Source of the DNA: Gracilinanus agilis
Taxonomy: Eukaryota
Length of the DNA stretch: 64,000 nt
Reading direction: 5' to 3'
Assembly (NCBI RefSeq): GCF_016433145.1
Contig: NC_058130.1
Span: 134,144,972 to 134,208,971, forward strand
Below are positions 38,580-51,841 of the stretch, one piece after another. Position numbers and translations under genes: made by a program. Position 1 is the first letter of the stretch, and every line of letters begins with the position of its first letter. A model generated the notes under the pieces. That model searched no databases and was not told where the DNA came from. It saw nothing but the letters and a program-made list of their open reading frames with translations.

Positions 38580-39700
38580 TGCATTTAAAAAAAAATATTT
38601 CAATGACCTCCCTTTCTGGGAACTTCCTGCTCTCCTCCCCACCACTCCCCAATTTGAAGAGAAAAAAAAAAGAAAAAAGAAAGAAAAAGAAAAAAATTCC
38701 AGTTAATAAATATACATAGCTTAAGACAAAACAAAGTCTTACATTAGCCATGTTAAAAAATGTAGGTCTCATCCTGCATTTTGAGAACATCAGGTCTGTC
38801 AGAGGTGAATCACAAGTTTCAACATTGGTAACCTAGAACTGTGGTTGATTATTTTCTAAGTCTTTTAAAGTTAGTTTCTTCATTATAGAATTCTTACATA
38901 ACTTATTTTCTTGGTTCTGTTCCTTTTCCTCTGTATTGGTTCATGTAAGTCTTCCCAGGTTTCTCTGATACCATCCATTTTTTGTCATTTCTTTTGCCAC
39001 AAGAATATTCTATTATATTCATATATCATTTGTATAGCTGTTCTCCAATTGAGGGACACCCCCTTAGTTTCCTATTCTTCACAGAAAGAACTACAATTAT
39101 TTTTGTGCATATGAGCCCTTTTTTTCTTTCTTTGAATTCTTTGGGATTTAGGCCTAAGCATGTTATTTATTACTATGTCAATGAGTATGCAGTCAATGAG
39201 TAGTGACTTTTGGGGCATTCTACCAACAGTGCATTAATGTACCTGTTTCTCCCTAGCTCCTCTAAGAACTCCATTTTCCTCTTTTTCCATCTTTTCCAAT
39301 CTGAAGTGAGTAGGAGGTAAAACCTCAGATAGATTTAATTTGCATATCTCTAATTATCAGTAACTTAGATTTTTACACATTGTTGTTGATAGCTTAGATT
39401 TCTTCCTCTGAAAACTTGCCCATTCATATTTCATATCAATTCTAAGACAGAAGAGCAGCAAGGGTTAGGCATTTGGTTTTAAGTGACTTGCCCAAAGTCA
39501 GACACTAGGAAGTGTCTGAGGCCAGATCTGAATTTCGGACCTCACGACTCCAGGCCTGGCACTCTATTCACTATACTACCTAACTGCCCCTTTCCATTTG
39601 ACAGTTTATTTAGTAGGGAAAGACTCTTGATCTTAAAAAATCTGAATGAGTTCTTTGTATATCTTGGATATGAGACATCTCTACAAAATCAAGTTCAAAA
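38580..39700 (-). mobile_element. L1 3' region with an inserted SINE
   Basis: Reverse-complement marsupial L1 3' UTR/ORF2-end motifs. Confidence 0.7.
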
Positions 39701-42029
39701 CTCTTTAGCTTGGCATTCAAGGCTTTTTATAATATAGTACCATCTGACCTCCTCAGCCTTATATTAATTCTCCTCAAACATTCTACAATCCAGTCAAAAT
39801 GAACTTCTTCCTACCCCTTGTACATGACCTGAATTCCTTTACCTTTTTGCATTTGCTCATGCCATTCCCTATGCTTGTATTACTCTCCCCTTTTTCTTCT
39901 TGTCCACCCTTTAACGTACAATTCAAATAACATATCCCATGATTCCTCTGATCAGTAACAGCTTTCCTTCTCAGAACTCATAGTGCATTTTGTTTCATAA
40001 TTCTTGAATGCACCGTATTATAGCTATCTTTGTGTCTCATCCCCCCACTGGACAGTGGCTTACTTACGTTTTGCTATTTCTCACATCCTAGCACACTAGC
40101 ACACACTGGCACACCCTCAAGTCCTCAGGTCCTAGCACACTACAAAGAGCAGACCGTCAAAATTCATTACATGAAGGAACCTCTAGAAGCCACCTCTTGG
40201 CTCCTATTGTTGCTGCTGTGAGGGGTGAGAGGTTGCTCATTAGATAGCTTCAAGCTTCCCTCCCATCAGTGTAGGTGACCCAGAAAGCTCCATAAGGCAC
40301 CCGATGGCATGTGGTTCCATTCCCAGAAAATACCAATCATTTGAACTCCTAGTTCCCTGCCAGAGATGGGTCTCCTTTATCTTTGTCCCCCAACATCCAA
40401 CACAGCGATTTGGACAGTCCTGATTACGTCCAAGAGTTGTGATTTCATTTGTGTGCATACTCTTCCACTGAGGCAGACTATAATCATTCTAGGTATCATA
40501 GATCATCTTGGTGAGTCGTTAGGGGAAAATGTTCATCATATTCAATAAACATTAATATTTATTAAGTACCTGCTAAGTGTAAATTCTTCTGCTAGGTACT
40601 AGGAATACAAAGACAAAAATCAAGTAAGCTTATATTCTACTGGAGTGTGTGTGTGTGTGTGTGTAGATTTAACATGTATACAGATATGTAAATACTAAGA
40701 AATATGAGGGAGAAAATACCTACACCTAGGGGAATGAGGGAAGACTTTGCAGAGGAAGTAGTGTCTGAGGAGAAGCTTGAAGAAAGATAAAAACTGGAGC
40801 ATGGAGGTAGAGCAATGGATAGAGTGCTGGGTTTGGAGTCTGGAAGACACAAGTTCAAATTTAGCCTTACTAGCTGTGTGAGTCTGAGCAAATCACTTAC
40901 TCCTGTTTACCTCTTAAAAAAAAAAAAAAGAAAAGAAAGATAGATAGATAAGAATTCTGAAAGGCAGGAATGAGGAAGGATTTCATTCAACCACTACAAA
41001 GACATGGAGAAAGAAGAAACAGCTAGCAGTTCTGTTTAGCTGGGATGAAGAATACAGGAAAAGCAGTAATATGAAATAAGACTGGAAAGATTGGCTAGTC
41101 AGATTATGGGGGGTTTTCACCACCAGGAATTTGTATCTTATTCTCAAGGAAACAGGGTTCGTTGGAGATTTCTGAGCAGGGGAGTGACATGGTCAGTTTA
41201 CTTTGGCAGCTCTGTGGAAGATGGAATGGAAAGTGAAGAGGCTAGAATTAGGAAGAGCAATTAGGAGCCTATTAAAATGGCCCAGGCAGGATTGTGGAGA
41301 GAGGAAGATGGACACAAGAGGACTGAAGTTAAAATTAATCATGGGGAGGGGGGGCAGCAGCTGGGTAGCTCAGTGGATTGAGAGCCAGGTCTAGAAATGG
41401 GAGGTCCTAGGTTCAAATCTGGCCTCAGACACTTCCCAGCTGTGTGACCCTGGGCAAGTCACTTGACCCCCATTGCCTACCCTTACCACTCTTCTGTGTT
41501 AGAATCAATACACAGTATTGGCTCCAAGACAGAAGGTAAGGGCTTAAAAATAAATAAATAAATAAAAAATAAAATTAATCATAGGATCACAGGATCACCA
41601 CTTCAGAGCTAAAGAGACCTCAAAAGCCACTTCTGGTGGCTAAGTGACTTGTTCAAGATCAAAGAGACAGTAATAAACAACATAGATGAGATTTGAATAT
41701 AGGTCCTCTCATTTTTGAGCCGAGGTGCTTTCCAGCACAAGACAATGCCTCTCAGGATTTGGCAACTGCTTAGCTATGCAGTATGAGGAAGAGGAAGAAG
41801 GCAAGGATGGCTGTGAGGTTACAAACCTAGGAGGTTCCAAGAGTAGAGATGCCCTTATGAGAAAAAGGGAAGCATACTCAAGAGTTATGTAAACAATGAC
41901 ATAACACTCTTAAAAAAAAACAAAAAACCCACTTAAATAGTTGGAAGGGATATTCAAGGCGGATAGTGGGGCCACACCAAAGTGATAAAACTTATATGCT
42001 ATCTAAATCAACTTACATATATACATACA

Positions 42030-43660
42030 TACACTATCAAGGGAATACTTTATGGAGTTAGGCAAAATAATGACAAGATTAATTTGGAGGAGTAAAAGAT
42101 CTAGAGTTTCCAGGAAAATAATGACAAAATTAGGAAAGATGGGAGAATAGCAATCCTGGAACTCAAATTAGGAAATAGTCATCAAAACCATTTGAAAGTG
42201 GTTAAAAGATAGAAAAGTTAATTAGCTAAAGAAGAACTGGAAATAAACTCAATAAGTCAGTGTTTGATTATCCCAAGAATGTAAATTTAGGGGTGGTATA
42301 GGTAGCCACAGCATTGGTCCCGGAGTCCAGAAGATCTGAGTGTGAATCCTTCTTTTGACAATTACCAGTTTCATTACTCTGTGTAGGTAATTTAACAGTT
42401 ATCTCATTTGAAAATGTAGATGGTAATAACAGTATCTACCTCAAAGGGTTGTTATGAGGATCACATGAGATAATTTATGTGAAGTACTACATACATTTTA
42501 CATTACTGTATAAATGTTAGTTATGATTACTATTACTATTTGGAGGAATAACTTTCTAACTGACAAGAACTGTTAAGAAAAATGGAAGGTAGTTTGGCAG
42601 AAATTAGGTTTACCTCACAAACCACAATAATGCTCGAATGGATACATAACTTGAATGAAGGATTAGAGATAATAAAAAAAATAAAATTTTGATTACACAA
42701 AATTAAAAAGCTTTTGCACAAACAAAATCAATGCATCTAGGATAAGAAAGGAAGCTATCAGTTGGGTAAAAAACTTTGCATCAAATATTTCTCATAAGGA
42801 TCTGATATCTAAGATATACTGAGAGTGAACACAAATGTACTAAGGTCAAGAACCACTTCCTAATAAGTAAGTGGTCAAAAGACATAAACAATTCTCAAAA
42901 GAATTGCAAACTATTAATAATCACACGAAAGATTACTTCAAATCCATTAGGAGAAATGCAAATCCGAACAACTCTGAGGTTTCATCTCACAACCAGCACA
43001 CTGGCAAAGAGGACCAAAGACAAGAAGAGTCAATACTGGAGGAGCTGTGGGAAGTCAGGAACACTAATACATTGGTGAGAGAGCTATAAATTGTTCCAAT
43101 TATCCTGGAAAGGAATTTGGAATTATTCTAAGGATGCGAATAAAACATACCTACTCTTTGAGCCAGAGATCCTACTGCTGAGTACATATACCAAGGAAGA
43201 AGGATCCAAATATGCCAAAATATTTAGAGCATCACATTTTGTGGTGGAAAAGAAATGGAAATAGATACCCAACAACTGGAGAACGATTAAACAAAATTGT
43301 TACATGGAATATTGTTATACCCAAAGATGTATAGGAAGACATATAAACTGATGTAAAGTGAACAAAGCAGAACTAGGAAAACAACATAGATAATACCTAC
43401 AATAATTAAATGAAAAGAACAACAAAACAATTGAAACTGGATGCTGCAAAATTATAACAATCAAGCTTGGCCCCAAAGAGATATGGGAAGGAGCCTCTTG
43501 CCCTTCTTTGCAAAGGCAGGGGATTATGAATTAGAACACTACAAATAACACCAGACTGTTTCAAATGTGCTTGTTAATTTTTCTTAAAAATTTTAACCCT
43601 CTTTTTATTCTTTGTTATACGGTATACCTCTATAGGTTGGAGAGAGGGGAGTGAAATATG
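42030..43660 (+). mobile_element. L1 ORF2 3' fragment
   Basis: Degenerate ORF2 C-terminal motifs (ISNIYKEL-, FHLTP- and YDPEIPLLG-like) and 3' UTR. Confidence 0.8.
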
Positions 43661-44859
43661 AGGAGATGTATGCAATGCAAAACAAAAATATATTAATTAA
43701 TATTTATTTAAAAGTAAATTAATCCGATGAAGCAGAACGCTGAGTAATCATAATAACTTGACCAAGTGAAGAAGCGATGCGAAAAAGGACTTCTTTTCCT
43801 TCTTTGCATAGAAAAGGCAACAGGAGTACAGACATGACTCCACTGATATGGCAGTAAATTGATTTTTTTTTTTTTTACAAAGGATTGCTTTCTGAGTAGG
43901 GTACTGGGAAAAGATGTATTCAGAAATAAAGATCATAATAGAAACAAAAGATAGCAATAGATTTTTTAAGAAGGATAAGTAAGTTTTAGAAGAAGAGTGC
44001 TATTAGAAGGAAGATAATAAATTCTGTTTTAAGCATTGAGTTTTGAGATGTCAGTAGGATATCCAGATGCAAGTGGACAGCAGGCAACTAGAATAAAGTT
44101 CAAAAGAGATATAAGGGCTAAAAATCTAGACTGAGAAGTCATCTGTGTGGAACCAATGTCTGAATATGTTGAACAGAAGGGAAAGTATAGAGAAAGAAGA
44201 GGACCAAGAACTAAATGACATCTATTCTTGGGAGTTGGGAAAGGTATTACAAGAAGCTTAATAAATGCTTGTTAAATTGAGGGATCTAGAAAAAGAACCT
44301 GATTAGTGTGGCAGGTGTGGGGAGAATAAGTTAAACAAATTGAAAAAAAAAGAGCAAATACTCCTACTAGAGCCTTCTCCCTCTCTTCTTAAGGAATTCA
44401 GTATCAGACTGAATGAGGTTTTCAAGTCCTGTGTTATGGAAGTGAAGAGAGGAGAAAGGGAGGAGGTGGCTAACTATGTCAAAAAATGAAGAGAAGATCA
44501 AATAAGATGAATACTGAAAATTGTCAGATTTGACAGTTAAGGGATCATGGATAACCCTAGAAAGATGAATAAATTCAATAAAAGGTTGGTAGTGAAGTCA
44601 GATGGCAAAGGGTTGAAAAAAAGAGTAGAACTGAGAAAATAAGTGTGAATGTCTGTCTGTAGAAGTTTGGATGTAGAAGGAGAAGATACAGAATAAAAAC
44701 TTGAGGGGGTGGCAGCATCTAGTGAAGTTTTAAGAATGAGAAGACAAGTAAATTTGTGAGAAGCAAAAGAGAATTATTTAATGGCAAAAGTCATTATTTA
44801 AGAGAGGCTGATGATGAGAAAGAAGGGATTTAAGAAAAGGACTAAATCAGAGAGATTAA

Positions 44860-45480
44860 AACAAATGGAAAGGACCTATTTGTACAAAAAAATATTTATA
44901 GTTGCTCATTTTGTGGTGGCAAAGAATTGGAAGTTGAAGGAATATCCATCAATTGGGGAATGGCAGAACAATTGTGGTATATAATGGTGATGGAATATTG
45001 TACTGTAAGAAATGATGAACAGAGTGATTTCAGAAAGAGCTGGAAAGACCTTCATGGACTGATGCAGAGCGAAATAAGCAGAACCAGGAGAACACTGTAT
45101 AAAGTAGCAGCAATATTGTGGAAGATCAACTGTGACAGACTTTGATATTATCAGTAATACAATGATCCAGGACAATTCTGAAAGACTTAGGACAAAGAAT
45201 GTTATCCAACTCCAGAGAGAGAGAACTGGTGGAAGCAGAATGCAGATGAAAGCATACAATTTTTCAATTTTTATTTGGGTTTATGTTTTGGGGTTTTGGT
45301 TTCATATAATTACTCATTTATAAAAATGAACAATATGGAAATGTTTTACATGATAATACATATATAACCCAGATTGAATTGCCTGCCAGCACCAGGATGG
45401 GGAAGAGAAGAGAGGGAGGGAGATATGCTCAATCAAATAATTTAGGAAAACTTGTGTGGAAATGTGTTATTACATGTAAC
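44860..45480 (+). mobile_element. L1 3' end (younger marsupial L1)
   Basis: CPSIGEW..KLWY..MEYY..RND..LMQSE.SRTRRTLY motif plus 3' UTR. Confidence 0.85.
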
Positions 45481-45693
45481 AGATTAAAAAAATTACATAT
45501 AGGGGGCAGCTGGGTAGCTCAGTGGATTGAGAGCCAGGCCTAGAGATGGGAGGTCCTAGGTTCAAATCTGGCTTCACACCCTTCCCAGCTGTGTGACCCT
45601 GGGCAAGTCACTTGACCCCCCCCATTGCCTAGCCCTGACCACTCTTCTGCCTTGGAGCCAATATACAGTATTGACTCCAAGATGGAAGGTAAG

Positions 45694-46093
45694 NNNNNNN
45701 NNNNNNNNNNNNNNNNNNNNNNNNNNNNNNNNNNNNNNNNNNNNNNNNNNNNNNNNNNNNNNNNNNNNNNNNNNNNNNNNNNNNNNNNNNNNNNNNNNNN
45801 NNNNNNNNNNNNNNNNNNNNNNNNNNNNNNNNNNNNNNNNNNNNNNNNNNNNNNNNNNNNNNNNNNNNNNNNNNNNNNNNNNNNNNNNNNNNNNNNNNNN
45901 NNNNNNNNNNNNNNNNNNNNNNNNNNNNNNNNNNNNNNNNNNNNNNNNNNNNNNNNNNNNNNNNNNNNNNNNNNNNNNNNNNNNNNNNNNNNNNNNNNNN
46001 NNNNNNNNNNNNNNNNNNNNNNNNNNNNNNNNNNNNNNNNNNNNNNNNNNNNNNNNNNNNNNNNNNNNNNNNNNNNNNNNNNNNNNNNNNNNN
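45694..46093. other. Assembly gap (400 N); other gaps at 56681-56835 and a single N at 11208
   Basis: N runs adjacent to SINE tails or (TA)n tracts. Confidence 0.99.
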
Positions 46094-46130
<37 letters not shown>

Positions 46131-46175
46131 CAAAGGAGAAGAAAATGGAAGGAAACAATAGAGAGAGGTTTGGTG

Positions 46176-46523
46176 TGTTAATTGGAATTTGAGAGATGCC
46201 ATTTAAAAGTATATATATATTTTCTATGGACACGTGGGAACTATCAAACTACATTTCCCGTGGTCCAACGGGTTTCTGGTTCCAGTTCTTTGGGTATGGG
46301 GACGCCTGCGTCACCACGCATAGGAGAGTTTAAATGGGAGGAGAATCCGAAAGGAAGCTCTCTCTGAGCTAGCAGGCGCGGGAAGGTACAAAAGGTAAAA
46401 TGGCGGAGGCAGTTTGAATTTTTACTGGTGCGTGGTCTAATGATTTTACCAGCATGGCCATGGCTTTAATTAAAATACTAATTTCTATATTTATATCAGT
46501 CTTTATCATTTTTAATCTTAACA
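46176..46523 (+). mobile_element. Young solo LTR (348 bp)
   Basis: TGTTAATT...TCTTAACA with 4-bp TSD GGTG; CpGs retained; TTTAAAT at 46329 and ATTAAA at 46469. Confidence 0.85.
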
Positions 46524-49129
46524 GGTGGTATATCCCAGGGAAGAAACGGATATGGTTTCCTACTGCTTCTAGAATCAAATACAAATTCCTGTTTGGCACT
46601 TAGACACCTTCACAATAGGGGTCCAGCTTCCCTTTCTAGATTTATTACACGACTCCTCATCACATATTCACTCTGCTGCTACTTGCAATTCCTCACACAA
46701 GACAGCCCACCTCTCCCATTTGTACCTTCATATGGGCTATTCTTTCCTCATCTCCACCTCTTTGAATCCCTAGCTACTTTCTAAGCTTGATCAAGCATCT
46801 CCCATGACATAAAGCTTTTCCCAGGCTGCTCTAGGCCCCTGGTAGAGTTTCCTCCCAGGAAATTACCTTGGTTTTATTTTGTACATATTTTTAATCCACC
46901 TATATGTGTACATGTTGTTAGATCCAATCAAATGTGAACTCCTTGAGTTCAAGGGCAAATTGTTTCATTTTGGGTTTTTACCTGTATCCCCTAGCTTGGT
47001 GTTTAATAAAAGTTTACTGATTAACTAATAAGGGAGTCTGGAAGACAGCATCAATTTTTCCCGTAAAATAGGAGCTGAGGTCCTCTCCTGAAAAGGCCAG
47101 GGGAAAGGGTGGCATACAGAACTTAAGGAGAAAAGAAAACATCTGGAACAGTCTCCGTGGGGAATGAAATCTGGCATCAGTCAGCCAAGAATAAAAGGAC
47201 TCCTTTGCAGCAGTGGAAATGAGGTAACACCAATCTGCCTCTGACCTGTGTGGTGGTTGTGCAATTTCCTCAAGTGACATTTAGCAGCAAGTTGAGTAAA
47301 AGTAACACAGGATGGTGGAGATAACCCAAGGCTAAAGTCTGGCATGTCATGAATGGCAACAGGACAAGAGGGTCAGGGATTCAAATGTAAAGGAGAGTAC
47401 AGGGTTGAACTGGCTAATTATACAGGCATGATTTTAAAAGACATTTTAAAAGGAAGAATGAGGCAAAAGAGAGATGACATAATTGAAAATTATTATCAGA
47501 GAGAAGAATATAAGAGTTCAGGATCATGGAAATATCAATTTATGGGTCAAGGTAAGACTAGAAGAATTCTAGTGCATGGCAGAGGTAAAGATGTAAGTCA
47601 CATGAGCTGAAGAAGGCCAATGTGTTTGATGAGATATAAACATGTTTATTGAAGTATGAGGGAAAGAGTTAGAATGGAAAGGAAAATTACAAATAAGGTA
47701 TTGAATTTCTTTTCTTTTTTTTTAAAAACCCTTACTGTGTATTGGCTCCAAGGCAGAAGAGTGGTAAGGGCTAGGCAATGGGGGTTAAGTGACTTGCCCA
47801 GGGTCACACAGCTAGGAAGTGTCTGAGGCCAGATTTGAACCCAGGACCTCCTGTCTCTAAGCCTGGCTCTCAATCCACTGAGCCACCCAACTGCCCCCAG
47901 GGATTGAATTTCTTGAGAAAGGAGGCAATGAATTAACTGGAGACTAAAAAATACATGCAGCAAGGATTTGGATAAAGTGCAATAGAGGGATTAAGTTAAC
48001 CCTAAAGGAGGAAAGTTTGCCAAGTAATGGCAATGGAGGGAAGGTCTAGAAGTAATACTAGGGAGCAAGAAGTATGCCCATACTTCCCCGGGTCTCATTC
48101 TGTTAGGATACATGAAAGAAGCCCTTAGAGATAGAGAGGTAGTCAAAGATCTGATATCCTCTGGATGAAGCCAGGATCCTAGGAGTACAGAGAGTATGTG
48201 GGAGGAAAGGTCTAGGATGAAGAGAAGAGAATTTTATTAGTGACAGCATGGGGGTTCTAGAGAGCACAATACAAGTGAAGAATGGAAGAGGGTAAGAAGC
48301 AGGAAGGGGAGGATTGAGGTGAAGGGGATGGAGCTAGGAGAGGGAATTTTGTCTAGTGGTCAGAGGTCTGGAGAGGAAGAGATGAAGTATGCTAGACAAA
48401 GGATGGAAGAAGTAACAACCCTTGAGCTTCCTGTGATCACAAAGGTTGAGGGGGGAAAAAAAAAAGGTCAGGTTGAACATTAGGCTCCCTATCAGTCAAT
48501 ACCTGGTTCTTGAATCTCCAGGTGAACTCACACTTGATGCCAGTTATTTTGCCTCACTCCAAGAAAATAGGGGATGAACATCCAGAAGAGAATCTGCTTG
48601 TGGACAAGGTACTTAATTCCTGTCTGACCTGTTGTCTGTGGCTCTGGTGGTGAGAGGTTAGACTTTTGGGTATATGATGCTCCAGAAGTCCAAGGTGTTG
48701 CTGCTTTTCTCAGATGAATCCATACACATCCAAGCGACCTGTTGTGAAGTGTGGATGGCTCAGTGCAAACACTTCCTTCTTACTGGGTAAAGCTACTTGA
48801 AATACCCACAAGGTGGCTTTCTGCTCTATAAACCCATAATCTAAGACTGACCGTACATTGCAACTCTTAGTGAAAGGGCAAAATCTGGTTGAGAATCAAC
48901 TGATCTCTGCCAATGGCAGCCTGTCCACAGATAAAGAGAGTGACTAATATCTAAATATCAGATATATTGTCCACTGCTCACTGTTTCGTTTTGGACACTT
49001 AAAATCATACCTCAACAACCACAGAAGGAAGGATGGAAAACGAGAGGTGAGAAATCATGAACAAAATCTGTCAGGCAGTGGCCAACTTTGCATGTATATG
49101 TAAATAAAGTGCTTACTGAAAATAAAGCC

Positions 49130-50350
49130 CTGGGCTAGGTACTAGTGATGAAAAGATATGAGATGCCTCCAAGGAGTTTATGTTCTAGAAAATGATTAAA
49201 ATGTAAATAAAAATATGTAAATTTGAGAAGCTGGGAGAGTACATTAACAACTGGAAGAACACAAGAAAGCTTCACGGAGGGGGTGGCAACTAAGCTGAAT
49301 CTTGAACAATCATGATAAGCTGGGCGGAGGAAAGAATGTATTCCAGGCCTGGGAAGTGACCTTTGCAAAGACACGGAGATAAGAGATGGAATGGCATACT
49401 CATGGATTAGTCCCACTTGGTTTAAACTAGTCCAGTTTGGCTCAATGCAGATTATGTGAATGAGAGTTATGTACTTTAGGCCTGGTGAGAGCTGGATTGA
49501 AGAATGCTGGAAAGGCCAGGCTGAGAAACTGATATATTGCCTTAAAGTCAATAGGTAAGAGGTGATGCGAGCCTCAACTCTAGGGTAATGGTCATGTGAG
49601 TGGAAGTAAAGAGATGAATATGAAATGATGGGCAAGTTAAATTGACAAGACTTGGCAACTGATCAGCTGTGGTGGTTGAGAAGAATCAAAGATGCCGCCA
49701 TCCTTTCTGAACCGAGGTGACTGGAAAGACAGTGGCTCAAGAGAACTTAGGGAAGGTGTGGTGTTTAGAAGCTGGATGGTTCAGAAGGCTGAGGTATTGG
49801 TGCTTTTCTCAGGCTGTTGTGGTGAAGCAGGATGAAATGGGTTCTCCACCTAAGGATGAATCCCAGTTCAAGATGACCTGCCATGAAAGTATGGAAGGCT
49901 CAAAGCAAACAAATCCTTCTATTGGGAAAGCTGCTTGCGATACCTATAAGGGGGTAAAGAATATAAATAGTGTCAGTTGAACTTGAGATAGAGATGGTCT
50001 ACAGACAATTGGTAACGAAAGACTAGAGTTAAGAGGAAAGATTATAGGATATCTAAATCTGGAAATGAATGATCTGTTTTGAGATGACATCTGAATACAT
50101 AAGATCACCAATATTGAGAATACAGAGATAGGAAGAGGGCCCAGCATACAGCATTGAGGAGTTCTGCTTATAAAGAGTGAGAGACATAGGATGATCCAGT
50201 AAAGAAGAGGAAAAAAAAAAAAAAACAAGAAAAAGTGTCATAGAACCAAAAGGAAAAAGCATCCAGAGGAGTGGGTGGCTGATTATATCAAATGCTGCAG
50301 AGACAAGTAGTTGACAAGTGAAAAGGGAAGTAAAGAAGTGGAGGAAAAAT
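49130..50350 (-). mobile_element. L2 LINE remnant
   Basis: Purine-rich reverse-complement L2 3' motifs (AGACTTGGCAACTGA, GAATCAAAGATG, CAAATGCTGCAGAGA). Confidence 0.65.
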
Positions 50351-51311
50351 CAAATGAAGGTTTTTTAAGGATGGGGAAAGCATAGGTCTCTATGGCCTTG
50401 GAGAACCTGGAAACACTCCCATGACTTACTTAGGTATCAGAACATACATACTCAATATCCACAGAAGCAAGGATGGAAAATGAGAGGAAGAAGAAACTTT
50501 ACATACTTCTTCAACTGTAAGATGAGGGTATTGAACTAGAACTGTTCTCAATAATGTGGGTACAGGCAGATAGGTAGCTCAGTGTATTGAGAGCCAGGCT
50601 TAAAGACTGGAGGTTCTGGGTTCAAATCTATAATGTTGGTTGTCCTACCTTTACCAATTTGCTATTGTCTCTAGGATAAAATAGAAACTGGCTTTTCAAG
50701 CTATTATCTGGCTTCAAGTTACTTTTATATTATCACTCCTTGTAGTAGTAGGTACAAGGAGTAATCCTTGTATCCATGCAAGTTAGACAAGTTTTTCCTT
50801 AAAAAGATTTTGAGGTGGAAATATATCTTGCATGATAATACATGTATAACCTTGATCAAATCACCTGCCAACACCAGGAAGGGGAAGGGATGGGAAGAAG
50901 GAAAATAAATTTTATCATATAACTTAGGAAAACTTGTGTAGAAATTTTTTATTACATGTAATTGTGTTTTTTAAAAAAAGATATTGAGGGGGACAGCTAG
51001 GTGGTTCAGTGGATTGAGAGCCAGCCCTACAGATAGAAGGTCTTGGGTTTAAATCTGGCCACTGACACTTTCTAACTGTGGGATCCTTGGCAAGTCACTT
51101 AACCCCTACTGCCTAGCTCTTACCACTCCTCTGCCTGGGAAACAACACTCAGTATTGATTCTAAGATGGAAGCTAAGAGTTAAAAAAAAAAAAAAAAAAA
51201 GATATTGAGGGTGAGGGGGCTGTAGTGCTTAGGATAGGAGGAGGAAATGAATGTATTTAGTGTGTATTTAGTGGGTGGAGGTGGTGGGGGCTGTAAATAC
51301 AGATCTATGAA

Positions 51312-51841
51312 ATGTCTATAGACTTTTCTGAGTCCACTGGCACAAAGTCTAAAAGAACCCAGGGAAAAATACAAAGTTAGACACAGATTACCCACTTTAG
51401 TTCCTTTACTATGGAGTCTATTAATTTTGAGCAGAGCATAGTAAATACATATTGCTGTTGCTGGTGGTTAGAGAAGAATTTTCCAAATGAGTTTACAAAA
51501 TTTCACTTTGAAACATGAAAAGAGAAAGAAGAAAATAGGAAAAGACAGGTGGAAAGTCAAATAAAACAAAGAATAGTATCACAAAAGGTTAAGATAGCCA
51601 GAATTCCTAGAGCAAAGAAATACCTAATGAGGGTATGCAGCCTTGTAATTATGAAACTGACCTTAAAGAAGTACAAAGTTCTTTTGCTCAGAAACTTTCC
51701 TTGAGGTACCTCAGTTACAGGGGAGAATGAAATAATTATTCAGGGAAACTTTACAGATGAGATTATGGATGAAATTCAGAAGTGGTCTGGATTATGGTGG
51801 ATAGTAATGGCAATAAGGATTTTAGAGAAGTAAAAGAGTAA
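51312..51841 (+). pseudogene. DENR: Processed pseudogene of density-regulated protein (DENR)
   Basis: MSIDFSESTG..DYPL*FLYYGV..WLEKNFPNEFTK..SQKVKIARIPRAKKY..VTGENEIIIQGNFTDEIMDEIQKW..DFREVKE*. Intronless with stops and frameshifts; acidic linker deleted. Confidence 0.9.

Noticed and set aside
45540-46233. 178-220 aa ORFs
   Set aside because: Artefacts of the 400-N gap and (TA)n tract.
46230-46410. Apparent stand-alone host promoter (ACTACA, YY1)
   Set aside because: It lies inside a TG..CA element with a GGTG TSD, so it is an LTR and is reported as such.
51740-51800. piggyBac-like FTDEIMDEIQKW motif
   Set aside because: The flanking sequence matches DENR over the whole CDS.
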